A stretch of 64,000 nt of DNA from an uncultured SAR86 cluster bacterium (GTDB lineage Bacteria > Pseudomonadota > Gammaproteobacteria > Magnimaribacterales > AG-339-G14), in assembly GCA_902624765.1 (NCBI GenBank), contig CACNYO010000001.1, positions 29,907 through 93,906 of the forward strand, read 5' to 3'. The number at the start of each line of letters is the position of its first letter. The stretch's first letter is position 1. Under the pieces are notes generated by a model. That model saw only the letters and a list, made by a program, of their open reading frames with translations. It did no database searches and was not told the origin of the DNA. This document shows positions 48,491-56,973 of this stretch, in pieces. Position numbers and translations under genes: made by a program.

Positions 48491-50047
48491 ATGCATAAAA
48501 TTGATCAAGATAAGATAGTTATCCTTGATTTTGGTTCGCAATACACTCAGCTGATTGCCAGAAGGATAAGAGAAATAGGAGTTTTATCTGAAATTGTCTC
48601 ATGCGAAATATCCCCAAAAGAACTTCTAAAATTAAATCCAAGAGGCATTATTTTTTCTGGCGGTCCAGAATCGGTTAATTCCAAGTTTAAACCTAAATTT
48701 AATTCTAAGATTCTCGAAATAAATCGACCTATTTTAGGGATTTGCTATGGAATGCAATTATTAGCAAACCAACATAAAGGAAAAGTAGATTTATCGGCAA
48801 AAAGAGAATTCGGTCACTCAGAATTAGCATTTAACAAAAATATTCTTTTCAAAGGAGTAAATGGGAAAAAAACAAAAATTGATGTATGGATGAGTCACGG
48901 CGATAAAGTTGTAAAGCTTCCGAAACAATTCAAAAAGATTGCCTCGTCGACAAATTCTAAAATTGCAGCGTTCGCTTCGAACGATAAACAACGTTTCGGT
49001 GTCCAATTTCATCCTGAGGTGTCTCACACCGATCAAGGACAAAAAATATTAAGTAACTTTGCTTTGGATATTTGTGGATGTAAGAAAAATTGGACTTCAA
49101 AAAATATTATCGATGATTTGGTTCAAAACATTAAAGATCAGGTTGGAAATAAACATGTTCTCCTGGGAATTTCGGGTGGTGTGGATTCCAGTGTCGTAGC
49201 AGCTCTCATTTCAAAAGCTATCGGTAAAAGGTTGCATTGCATTTTTGTCGATAACGGACTTTTGAGGAAAGACGAATCCATCCAAGTAAATCGTGATTTA
49301 AAAAAAGGTCTTGGCTTGAAGATTACGACGGTAAATGCCGAAGATATATTCCTGAAAAAACTTAAAGGAAAGACAGATCCTGAAGAAAAGAGAAAAATAA
49401 TAGGCAGAACTTTCATAGATGTATTTTCAAAAGAGGCAAAAAAAATAAAAAGTATAGATTTTTTAGCTCAAGGAACTATTTATCCAGATTACATTGAGTC
49501 AGCAGGAAAAAAGGGCGGTAAAGCGCATGTTATAAAATCGCATCATAACGTTGGAGGGTTACCTGAAAAATTAAAGTTTCCTCTCGTTGAACCGCTCAAA
49601 TTTCTTTTTAAAGATGAGGTTAGAAAGATAGGAAGAAATTTAGGATTGCCAGCTTATCTAATCGAAAGGCACCCTTTTCCAGGTCCAGGATTAGGCGTTC
49701 GATTGTTGGGTGCGATAGACAAAAGTAAGTTAGAGATATTAAGAGAAGCAGATGCAATTTTCATGGAAGAATTAATCAAGCAAAAGCTTTACAACAAAAT
49801 CAGTCAAGCCTACGCAGCTTTTCTGCCGGTTAAATCAGTTGGAGTGGTGGGTGACGCAAGAAGGTATGAATATGTAATTGCCTTAAGAGCGGTAGTAACG
49901 CTAGATTTCATGACGGCTAATGTGTTTCCTTTCAAACAAGAATTTCTTAATCATGTTTCAACAAGAATAATGAATGAAATAGATAAGGTTTCTCGAGTTG
50001 TTTATGATATTTCGAGTAAACCTCCTGCAACTATTGAGTGGGAATAA
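48491..50047 (+). CDS. guaA: GMP synthase (glutamine-hydrolysing)
   Basis: GATase domain (GICYGMQ), PP-loop GISGGVDSS, and the C-terminal …PPATIEWE. Confidence 0.95.
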   Translation: MHKIDQDKIVILDFGSQYTQLIARRIREIGVLSEIVSCEISPKELLKLNPRGIIFSGGPESVNSKFKPKFNSKILEINRPILGICYGMQLLANQHKGKVDLSAKREFGHSELAFNKNILFKGVNGKKTKIDVWMSHGDKVVKLPKQFKKIASSTNSKIAAFASNDKQRFGVQFHPEVSHTDQGQKILSNFALDICGCKKNWTSKNIIDDLVQNIKDQVGNKHVLLGISGGVDSSVVAALISKAIGKRLHCIFVDNGLLRKDESIQVNRDLKKGLGLKITTVNAEDIFLKKLKGKTDPEEKRKIIGRTFIDVFSKEAKKIKSIDFLAQGTIYPDYIESAGKKGGKAHVIKSHHNVGGLPEKLKFPLVEPLKFLFKDEVRKIGRNLGLPAYLIERHPFPGPGLGVRLLGAIDKSKLEILREADAIFMEELIKQKLYNKISQAYAAFLPVKSVGVVGDARRYEYVIALRAVVTLDFMTANVFPFKQEFLNHVSTRIMNEIDKVSRVVYDISSKPPATIEWE

Positions 50048-50049
50048 AA

Positions 50050-50631
50050 ATGAGCAAAATAGGAGTTTTGAATTATGGAATTGGTAATTATCTATCAGTT
50101 AAAAATATGATTAATCACATTGGTCATGATTGCTCTGTGATTGAAAACAAGTTGGACATTACAAAATTTGACAAAATTATTATTCCTGGAGTTGGAGCTT
50201 TTGATACCGCTATGGATGCTATTAACCAATACAAATCAGAGCTAGATAATTTTGTTGAAAGAGGGGGGATTATCCTTGGAATCTGTCTTGGTGCTCAATT
50301 GCTTGGTATGAAATCCGATGAGGGTAATCATAAAGGCTTGGGATATATTGATATGCATTCAAAAAGCTTTAGTGAGCTTGGATTGAATGCAAATATTGGC
50401 TGGAAGAAAGTTAAATCTTTCATGCGAGAAGAGCAAGATCTCATGTTTTATCATTTGCATAATTTTTATATCAATTTAAATGAAAAAATTGATAACTATG
50501 AGAACACACATAATGAAAATTTTATATACATAAATGCAGTAAAAAAAAATAATATTATTGGTGTTCAGTATCATCCTGAAAAGAGCAACTCAAATGGTAA
50601 AAGATTTTTCAAATGGTTTTGTGAACTATGA
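50050..50631 (+). CDS. HisH-like glutamine amidotransferase subunit (WbuY-type, glycan-associated)
   Basis: GVLNYGIGN, catalytic GICLGAQL and YHPEKS. Sits in a glycan locus, not a his operon. ATG 50050 (MSKIG) is preferred over the guaA-overlapping ATG 50038. Confidence 0.75.
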   Translation: MSKIGVLNYGIGNYLSVKNMINHIGHDCSVIENKLDITKFDKIIIPGVGAFDTAMDAINQYKSELDNFVERGGIILGICLGAQLLGMKSDEGNHKGLGYIDMHSKSFSELGLNANIGWKKVKSFMREEQDLMFYHLHNFYINLNEKIDNYENTHNENFIYINAVKKNNIIGVQYHPEKSNSNGKRFFKWFCEL

Positions 50632-51350
50632 AAAGATTAATACCAAATTTATTGATTGATGAAGAAAAAGCAATCAAACATAAAAAGTTTAAATACTACA
50701 AATATCTAGGAGATCCTTTTAATATTGTTAAAATTTTAAATGATAAGGAGATTGATGAATTAATAATTACAGATCTATCTGCATTCTCAGATAGAAAAGT
50801 AAAATATATAACTAAGTTAAACGGAACATCTTTTATGCCAGTTTGTTATGGAGGAGGAATTAGAAGCCTCAATCAAGCACAAAAGATTATGCATGCCGGC
50901 GTTGAAAGAATTCACCTAAACACCATCATATACTCCAATCCTGAAGAGTTTCTTAAAATTCTTGATCACCTAGGATCATCAAGTATCGTTGCTGTTTTAA
51001 ATATAAAAAAGAATTTTTTTGGCAAGTATGAATATGTTGATAGTTTTGGTAAGAACAGAATAAGAGAAAAAATTCAGACAAAACTTGATTGGTTGACAAA
51101 TAATCAAGTCTCGGAAATCTTAATTAACATCGTAAATAAAGAAAATTCTAAGTCGGGGATTGATAGAGAATTTATCGATATTATTGAAAATACAGATTCA
51201 AATAACTTCTTGATAAATGGTGGCTTAGTAAAAGAAGATCTCAGTGATTTAAATTCTTTTAGTAATATTTCAGGTTTTGTTGGTGCTAACTATTTTTTCT
51301 GCAAAGGTATTTATGACTCTGTGTTGGTGACATATGATAAAAGAATGTGA
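50628..51350 (+). CDS. HisF-like cyclase/synthase subunit (WbuZ-type, glycan-associated)
   Basis: RLIP.LL N-terminus, the CYGGGIRS phosphate-binding loop, and a (beta/alpha)8-like length. ATGA overlap with the hisH-like gene. Confidence 0.65.
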   Translation: MKRLIPNLLIDEEKAIKHKKFKYYKYLGDPFNIVKILNDKEIDELIITDLSAFSDRKVKYITKLNGTSFMPVCYGGGIRSLNQAQKIMHAGVERIHLNTIIYSNPEEFLKILDHLGSSSIVAVLNIKKNFFGKYEYVDSFGKNRIREKIQTKLDWLTNNQVSEILINIVNKENSKSGIDREFIDIIENTDSNNFLINGGLVKEDLSDLNSFSNISGFVGANYFFCKGIYDSVLVTYDKRM

Positions 51351-52428
51351 CACTTGCCTAATGGACGAAACTTTCCCAAAGTTTCATAAAATTGATCAAG
51401 AATGCAGTTACTGCAAAATTGGTAAAACTAGATTTATTCAAGCAAAACAGAAGCCAAATATTCACGAGTATTTAGATACCACCATAAAATCTCAATCAAA
51501 ATATCAATGCATCTTGGGTATAAGTGGGGGAGTAGATTCATCTTATCTAGCCTTCAAGCTAAAAGAAATGGATATACGTGTTTTGTTGGTGCATGTTGAT
51601 TGTGGTTGGGATACTAATCTTGCATCGCAGAATATCGAGTTAATTATTAATCAAACCGAGTTTGACTACTATACGATGGTTCCTGATTGGAGCTTACTAA
51701 AAAAAATGCAGATCAGTTATTTAAAATCCGGCGTCTATAATCAAGATGTGCCTCAAGATCATGCTTTTGTTGCAGGAATGTATATCGCAGCAAGTAAATT
51801 TAAAATTAAAAATATGATCAGCGGTCATAGTTCTGCAACTGAGAATATCCCGAACTTATGGCAGCATGATGCGATGGATTTTTCAAATTTGCATTCTATT
51901 GCCAATTCATATGAGAAAAATTTAGATTTTACTAGCTATCCATATTTAAATTTCTTTCAATATTATTTTTGGTATCCGCTAATTAAGAAAATTAAATTTT
52001 ATACACCTCTAGATTGTCTTCAATATGATAAGACCAAGGCTATAAATTTTTTAGAGAAAAAGGGATATGTAAAATATAAAGATAAGCATGGTGAATCTGC
52101 CTTTACAAAATATTTTCAAAATTTCTATCTGCCAAAAAAATTTGGTATACATAAAATTAAAACTCATCTCTCATCTCAAATTATAAATGGGGAAATATCT
52201 CGTTCTCAAGCTAAAGAAATTCTTAAAGAGCATTTACAGAGCCTTGAAAACGATGACCATACAGAAAAATATTTTTATGAAAAATTAGATCTCTCAAATG
52301 AAGAATATAAAAAAATAATGCAATCTAATTCTAAACAATATTATGATTTCGCTAACTGGGATCAACTCAAGAAAAGAGCTCAAATAATAAAAAATATAAT
52401 CAGCCCAAATAAGGGGCACAGAGAATAA
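51334..52428 (+). CDS. N-acetyl sugar amidotransferase (PP-loop ATPase, WbuX/PseA-type)
   Basis: N-terminal Cys-rich ribbon (C6..C9…C24..C27) and PP-loop GISGGVDSS. Confidence 0.75.
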   Translation: MIKECDTCLMDETFPKFHKIDQECSYCKIGKTRFIQAKQKPNIHEYLDTTIKSQSKYQCILGISGGVDSSYLAFKLKEMDIRVLLVHVDCGWDTNLASQNIELIINQTEFDYYTMVPDWSLLKKMQISYLKSGVYNQDVPQDHAFVAGMYIAASKFKIKNMISGHSSATENIPNLWQHDAMDFSNLHSIANSYEKNLDFTSYPYLNFFQYYFWYPLIKKIKFYTPLDCLQYDKTKAINFLEKKGYVKYKDKHGESAFTKYFQNFYLPKKFGIHKIKTHLSSQIINGEISRSQAKEILKEHLQSLENDDHTEKYFYEKLDLSNEEYKKIMQSNSKQYYDFANWDQLKKRAQIIKNIISPNKGHRE

Positions 52429-53438
52429 TGATCCTATTTATAATCGGGACAAGACCACAATATGTAAAAATGTTTCCTATTTTTACTTACCTTAAAGACA
52501 ATCTAGATTTTATTCTCATTGATTCTGGTCAACATTACGATCCTCAAATGTCAGAGAAATTTGCAAATGAATTTAACATGCATCCTGATTTTATCTTTAA
52601 TGAATCAAAGTATAGCGGGATGGAATTTTTTGGATATTTTGTAAGTGAGTTAGAAAGATTTTTAAGAAGAAATAAATCTATTACTAAAGTTGTTGTTTTT
52701 GGAGATACTTTGACCACTTCCGCAGGTTCAATAGTTGCAAAAATGATGGGGCTTGAGTTATTCCATATTGAAGCCGGCCTAAGATCATTTAATCGAGAAA
52801 TGCCTGAAGAGATTAATAGAATTATTGCTGATCACATCGCCGATAAAAATTTGATTCTTTCAAGCGCTGGAAAAGAAAATTTAATAAACGAAGGCATTGA
52901 AAATCAAAAAATTATAGAAATTGGCGACCTTATGTATGATAGCGTCAATTTAGTCAAAAAAATAATGAAGCATGATGCAAGGCCTCAAGATAATTTTTCG
53001 TTACTAACAATTCATAGAAAAGAAAATCTTTCAAAAAAAGCTTCAATAAAAGCTATATTTGGATTTATTGAAGGTCTAGAACATAAATTTATTCTCCCAA
53101 TTCATCATAGCCTCAAAAATGCCATGAATGAATTCAAGCTGGAAATTCCAAGAAATGTAAAAGCTGTTAATCCCTTAACCTATATTGAAACGATCAAACA
53201 TATCAATAATTCAGAAATTGTTTTAACTGACTCAGGGGGACTCCAAAAAGAAGCATATTACTGTCATAAGCCAGTTATTGTTTTAAGAAATGAAACAGAA
53301 TGGATAGAGTTAATTGACAACAATTATTCAATATATTTTCGGGATTATAAAAAGGACCACAAATTCAATACAGACTATGAGAATTTGTATTATGTAAATA
53401 CTAATAACATACAAATTATTAAGGATTGCTTATCTTAA
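52428..53438 (+). CDS. UDP-N-acetylglucosamine 2-epimerase-family protein (short, 336 aa)
   Basis: GTRPQ, DSGQHYD, HIEAGLRS, PEEINR and DSGGLQKEA motifs. Hydrolysing versus non-hydrolysing type cannot be decided by eye. Confidence 0.75.
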   Translation: MILFIIGTRPQYVKMFPIFTYLKDNLDFILIDSGQHYDPQMSEKFANEFNMHPDFIFNESKYSGMEFFGYFVSELERFLRRNKSITKVVVFGDTLTTSAGSIVAKMMGLELFHIEAGLRSFNREMPEEINRIIADHIADKNLILSSAGKENLINEGIENQKIIEIGDLMYDSVNLVKKIMKHDARPQDNFSLLTIHRKENLSKKASIKAIFGFIEGLEHKFILPIHHSLKNAMNEFKLEIPRNVKAVNPLTYIETIKHINNSEIVLTDSGGLQKEAYYCHKPVIVLRNETEWIELIDNNYSIYFRDYKKDHKFNTDYENLYYVNTNNIQIIKDCLS

Positions 53439-54370
53439 TGAAAGTCCTTCATATTTTTAAAGCCGATCACAATTATTCATCAAGAATTTTTAATCAAATT
53501 AATATTGATGAGGGCGATGTAATTTCTACAACCTCTTTTCCCAAGCTCACATTTAGAAATTTGTATAATCAGATGCCTCAATATGATATTTTCGTATTTC
53601 ATTGTCAATCCAGCATTATCTTTATGCTATTTGTTTTATTTTTTAAAGATGCAAGTAAAGTCCGTTATGACATTCATGATCTGAATGAATTCAATCTTAA
53701 AAAAGGCATAAAGTTTAATTTAAAATTCTTTTTATTTTATTTTTTAGAAAGGATCATCATAAGAAAAATAAACATTTGCAATGTTTCTGAAGGCAACAAA
53801 AAAGAATACCTTAATAGAGGATATGTATTTTTTAACTTACCAAAAATTGACCCCTTAGTTACTAAAACAATCTATCAACCCTCCAAAGACTTTGTTTTTT
53901 TTGGAACTGAGGAGAGATGTCCAAAAGATCTTTTTCCTCTAGCTAAAAAAAAGGCTATTGATTTATCCATATTTGGCATGTTTTCAGATAATTTCAAGAA
54001 AATCATGCATGAAAATAATATTAGCTTCATGGGAAGATATAAACCCCAAAAACTTGATTTTTTGGAAAGTTATAAGTATTCCATAATTTATAGCCCTCAA
54101 GCAGGCCAGAAAAATATGCAAAACTCTTTACCTAACAAATTTTTTCAATCTATTTTATATTCATTAAACATTTGCCTAAGCGAGAACTTTACAGAGATGA
54201 TTAGTTTTTGTGAGAAGCATGGGGTCAAATTCAATATTATTAGGAGACAAGAAGATTTACTGAACTTGACTTACTACAAATACAACATAGATTTAAACAA
54301 AATTTTTGAGGAAAATAACTTACGATATAGAAAATTCATTTATGGTCCTTTATCAAATGCGAATGTTTAA
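53438..54370 (+). CDS. hypothetical protein, possibly a highly divergent GT-B glycosyltransferase
   Basis: MKVLHIF N-terminus and SLPNKFFQSILYSLNI, which resembles the P.K..E..a.g.P region of GT1/GT4 enzymes. TAATG junction with the upstream gene. The similarity is weak. Confidence 0.35.
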   Translation: MKVLHIFKADHNYSSRIFNQINIDEGDVISTTSFPKLTFRNLYNQMPQYDIFVFHCQSSIIFMLFVLFFKDASKVRYDIHDLNEFNLKKGIKFNLKFFLFYFLERIIIRKINICNVSEGNKKEYLNRGYVFFNLPKIDPLVTKTIYQPSKDFVFFGTEERCPKDLFPLAKKKAIDLSIFGMFSDNFKKIMHENNISFMGRYKPQKLDFLESYKYSIIYSPQAGQKNMQNSLPNKFFQSILYSLNICLSENFTEMISFCEKHGVKFNIIRRQEDLLNLTYYKYNIDLNKIFEENNLRYRKFIYGPLSNANV

Positions 54371-54397
54371 CTTAATCACTAGACTAGAAGTATTTTT

Positions 54398-55486
54398 TTG
54401 AACTTTGATATTTTAGTTTTTTGCGACTACTTTAAGCCTGGATACAAGGCGGGAGGTCCAATCTCTTCAATAGTCAATTTGATGAGTGTGATTGAAGATA
54501 ATTTTTTAATAGCGGTTGTTACCAGAAATCATGATTACAAATCTAAGAAAAAATACTTAGAAAAGGATAAACAATTTTCGCGAAAATATAAAATCCATTA
54601 CTGCTCAAACTATTTGCATCTAATTCTAAATTGTCTGAGACCGTCTTTAATTAGAACAAAAAAAATTTATGTGAATAGTTTTTTTTCTATTCAGTATTCA
54701 CTTATTCCTCTTATAGTTTTTAGTTTTTTTTTGAGAAAAAAAGTATTCATTTCCGTAAGAGGGGAGTTTGCTGACTCAGCAATAAAAAATAGTTTAAAAA
54801 AAAGAATTTACATCAAAGCTTGGCGAGTTTTTTTTCCGCACAGCAATTACTCTTTTATTGCTTCATCTCCTTTTGAAGCAAACGATATAAAAAAATATTT
54901 CCCACATTCACAAGTAGAAATTTTATCCAATATAGGCGCTTTGAGAAAATTTGGAACTATTGATTCGAGTCTTGCTAGAAATCAAGAGTTATTAAGGATT
55001 TGTTTCATCTCAAGAATACACCCAGTTAAGAATCTTGATTTTTGCTTAAGAGTTTTAAAGCAGGTAAACAAAAGTTATATTTTTGATGTTTACGGCCCAA
55101 TAGATGATGAGATTTATTTTGAAAAGTGTTTAAAAATTTTACCTTTTAACTATAAAAATGAGTTAGATCCAAACCTTATTCAAGACACGATGCGTAATTA
55201 TGATCTTTTTTTTCTTCCAACAAAGGGTGAAAATTTTGGGCATATTATCCATGAATCTATTATGTCTTTTGTTCCTTGCCTTATTTCTGATCAAACACCA
55301 TGGGACATTATTCAAAAGTATAAAATTGGTATGTCATACTCGCTTGATAAAATTGATAACTTTGTGAATTTTATAAATAACTATCCCGACGAATTGAATT
55401 TGAATGAAAAAAATTTTTATCAAGTCCATGATGTGATTCGACCTGATGGACTCATTAAAGATTATCTTAAAGTATTTTCGGGCTAA
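54398..55486 (+). CDS. glycosyltransferase family 4 (GT-B)
   Basis: The FDILVFCDYFKPGYKAGGP N-terminus and the PTKGENFGHIIHESIMSFVPCLISD E-x7-E-like block. TTG start. Confidence 0.65.
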   Translation: MNFDILVFCDYFKPGYKAGGPISSIVNLMSVIEDNFLIAVVTRNHDYKSKKKYLEKDKQFSRKYKIHYCSNYLHLILNCLRPSLIRTKKIYVNSFFSIQYSLIPLIVFSFFLRKKVFISVRGEFADSAIKNSLKKRIYIKAWRVFFPHSNYSFIASSPFEANDIKKYFPHSQVEILSNIGALRKFGTIDSSLARNQELLRICFISRIHPVKNLDFCLRVLKQVNKSYIFDVYGPIDDEIYFEKCLKILPFNYKNELDPNLIQDTMRNYDLFFLPTKGENFGHIIHESIMSFVPCLISDQTPWDIIQKYKIGMSYSLDKIDNFVNFINNYPDELNLNEKNFYQVHDVIRPDGLIKDYLKVFSG

Positions 55487-55563
55487 GATATGAGCAACGT
55501 TGTTTCAGCTAAAAAATTTTCATATATCATTCGATAATATCAATTTATGCGCACTGAGATTTC

Positions 55564-56829
55564 ATGAATATACTTTCTCTTCACAGGATGGGAGATCCAA
55601 GAAAAAGAAGGGCAGCTGTAGAATCATTAGAGTATTTTATGGAGTCTAACTTCCCTGAATATAATCATTTTATTCATGACGCTAGTTTAAGACCCTCAAA
55701 ATATATAAAAGATGTTCAATGGGATGCTATTTTATTGGGCTCAACATTTCTATGCAAAGTTCTTAATGATAAAGAATTTAAGCAGACTCTTATTGACTAT
55801 GATTGGATTCATTCATCATCAGCTGCAAAAATTGCACTTCCTCAAGATGATTATAATTGTTCACAAAGGTTGGATGAGCTATTTGTATCTTGGAGAATAG
55901 ATCTTGTTTATACGGTTCTTCCAAAACACCACAAATTATTATATCCAAGGTTTCATGTTAAGGGAGAAATCCGTACAGGCTATACTGGATATATCCATGA
56001 CGAGTTGATTAAAAAATGGAAAAGCCCAAAATCTTTTAAAGAAAGAAAAATTGATGTCTCATATAGAGCTAATAAGTTGACTGCTAACTATGGACATATT
56101 GGATACTTGAAGGGTTCAATTGGGGAGAGATTTATAGAGGCAGTGCAAGGTCAAGAATTAAATTTAGATATTTCTACAAATCCAAAGGACGTTATAGCTG
56201 GAGATAAATGGCATGAATTTCTTGAGGAATCAAAATTTTGCTTGGTTAGCCCCTCTGGAAGTAGCGTACATGATCCTATGGGAACCTTGAGAAATAAAGT
56301 TTTAGATTTCATGAAGAAAAATCCTCGAGCTAACTTTAAAGAAATTTCTGAAAAATGTATTCCTAAAGAAAATGGAAAATATGTATTCACTGCCATTTCT
56401 CCCAGAAATATTGAAGCAGCTCTTGCCGAGACAGTTCAGATTGCTATTCCAGATGATTATTCTGATTTTCTCTCGCCGTATGAAGACTATATTCCACTGA
56501 GAGAAGATTTCTCAAATATAAAGGAGGTACTTTCCATTATGAAAGACGAAGTGAGAGTGAATTCTATTAGAAAAAGTTGTAAAGAGAAAATTTTAAATAT
56601 ACCTTCACTCAAAATTACTTTTTTGGCTAATGAAATAAATGACTTTATTTTAAAGAAAAGGTCTCAAAGCGAGACTCTAAATATAGAAAGTTCAGAAATT
56701 GCTTTTATTAAGGTCAAGAAATATAAAAACCTCAAAATCAGAATATATTGGTACAAAACCTACTTCGTCGATGCTATCAAAAATATCCTAAAATTTTTGA
56801 AGGAAACTTATGAAAAATCTAAAAGATGA
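55564..56829 (+). CDS. hypothetical protein; the C-terminal half weakly resembles CgeB/DUF3880-type glycosyltransferase-like domains
   Basis: The SPRNIEAALAETVQIAIPDDYSDFLSPYEDYIPL…IKEVL pattern resembles the R.fEa.a.g..l…el…f..g.e…f block of the CgeB-like family. This is recognition by eye only. Confidence 0.35.
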   Translation: MNILSLHRMGDPRKRRAAVESLEYFMESNFPEYNHFIHDASLRPSKYIKDVQWDAILLGSTFLCKVLNDKEFKQTLIDYDWIHSSSAAKIALPQDDYNCSQRLDELFVSWRIDLVYTVLPKHHKLLYPRFHVKGEIRTGYTGYIHDELIKKWKSPKSFKERKIDVSYRANKLTANYGHIGYLKGSIGERFIEAVQGQELNLDISTNPKDVIAGDKWHEFLEESKFCLVSPSGSSVHDPMGTLRNKVLDFMKKNPRANFKEISEKCIPKENGKYVFTAISPRNIEAALAETVQIAIPDDYSDFLSPYEDYIPLREDFSNIKEVLSIMKDEVRVNSIRKSCKEKILNIPSLKITFLANEINDFILKKRSQSETLNIESSEIAFIKVKKYKNLKIRIYWYKTYFVDAIKNILKFLKETYEKSKR

Positions 56830-56973
56830 GATAAATTTTTTATGGAGCTTATCTAAGAAAAATAGCTCAAGAGTCTTAAAAATTGTATTATCTTCAGAAA
56901 AAGTAATGAATTTAAAATGCAGCTTCTCCCGAATATTGACATTTATCACGACCTTCAAAGTTATTAGGTTTTA

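Noticed and set aside
50038-50049. ATG 50038 as the start of the hisH-like gene, overlapping guaA
   Set aside because: HisH-type proteins begin right at the beta-strand (MSKIGVLNYG). ATG 50050 gives that N-terminus, although the upstream ATG cannot be excluded.
50050-51350. The hisH/hisF-like genes as true histidine-biosynthesis genes
   Set aside because: No other his genes are nearby. The pair is coupled to a PP-loop sugar amidotransferase and glycosyltransferases, and the sequences are divergent from canonical HisH/HisF.
54724-54732. T9 and nearby A7 homopolymer runs in the GT4 gene, and A8-A9 runs elsewhere (for example in the asnB-like gene and rnd), as possible phase-variation switches
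   Set aside because: Homopolymer runs of this length are common throughout this very AT-rich sequence, mostly as Lys/Phe codons. All frames are intact, and nothing shows variability.
56936-56941. Perfect TTGACA -35 hexamer upstream of the transglutaminase-like gene
   Set aside because: No acceptable -10 hexamer lies at 16-18 nt spacing (best 3/6). Any transcript would also start only about 3 nt before the ATG.
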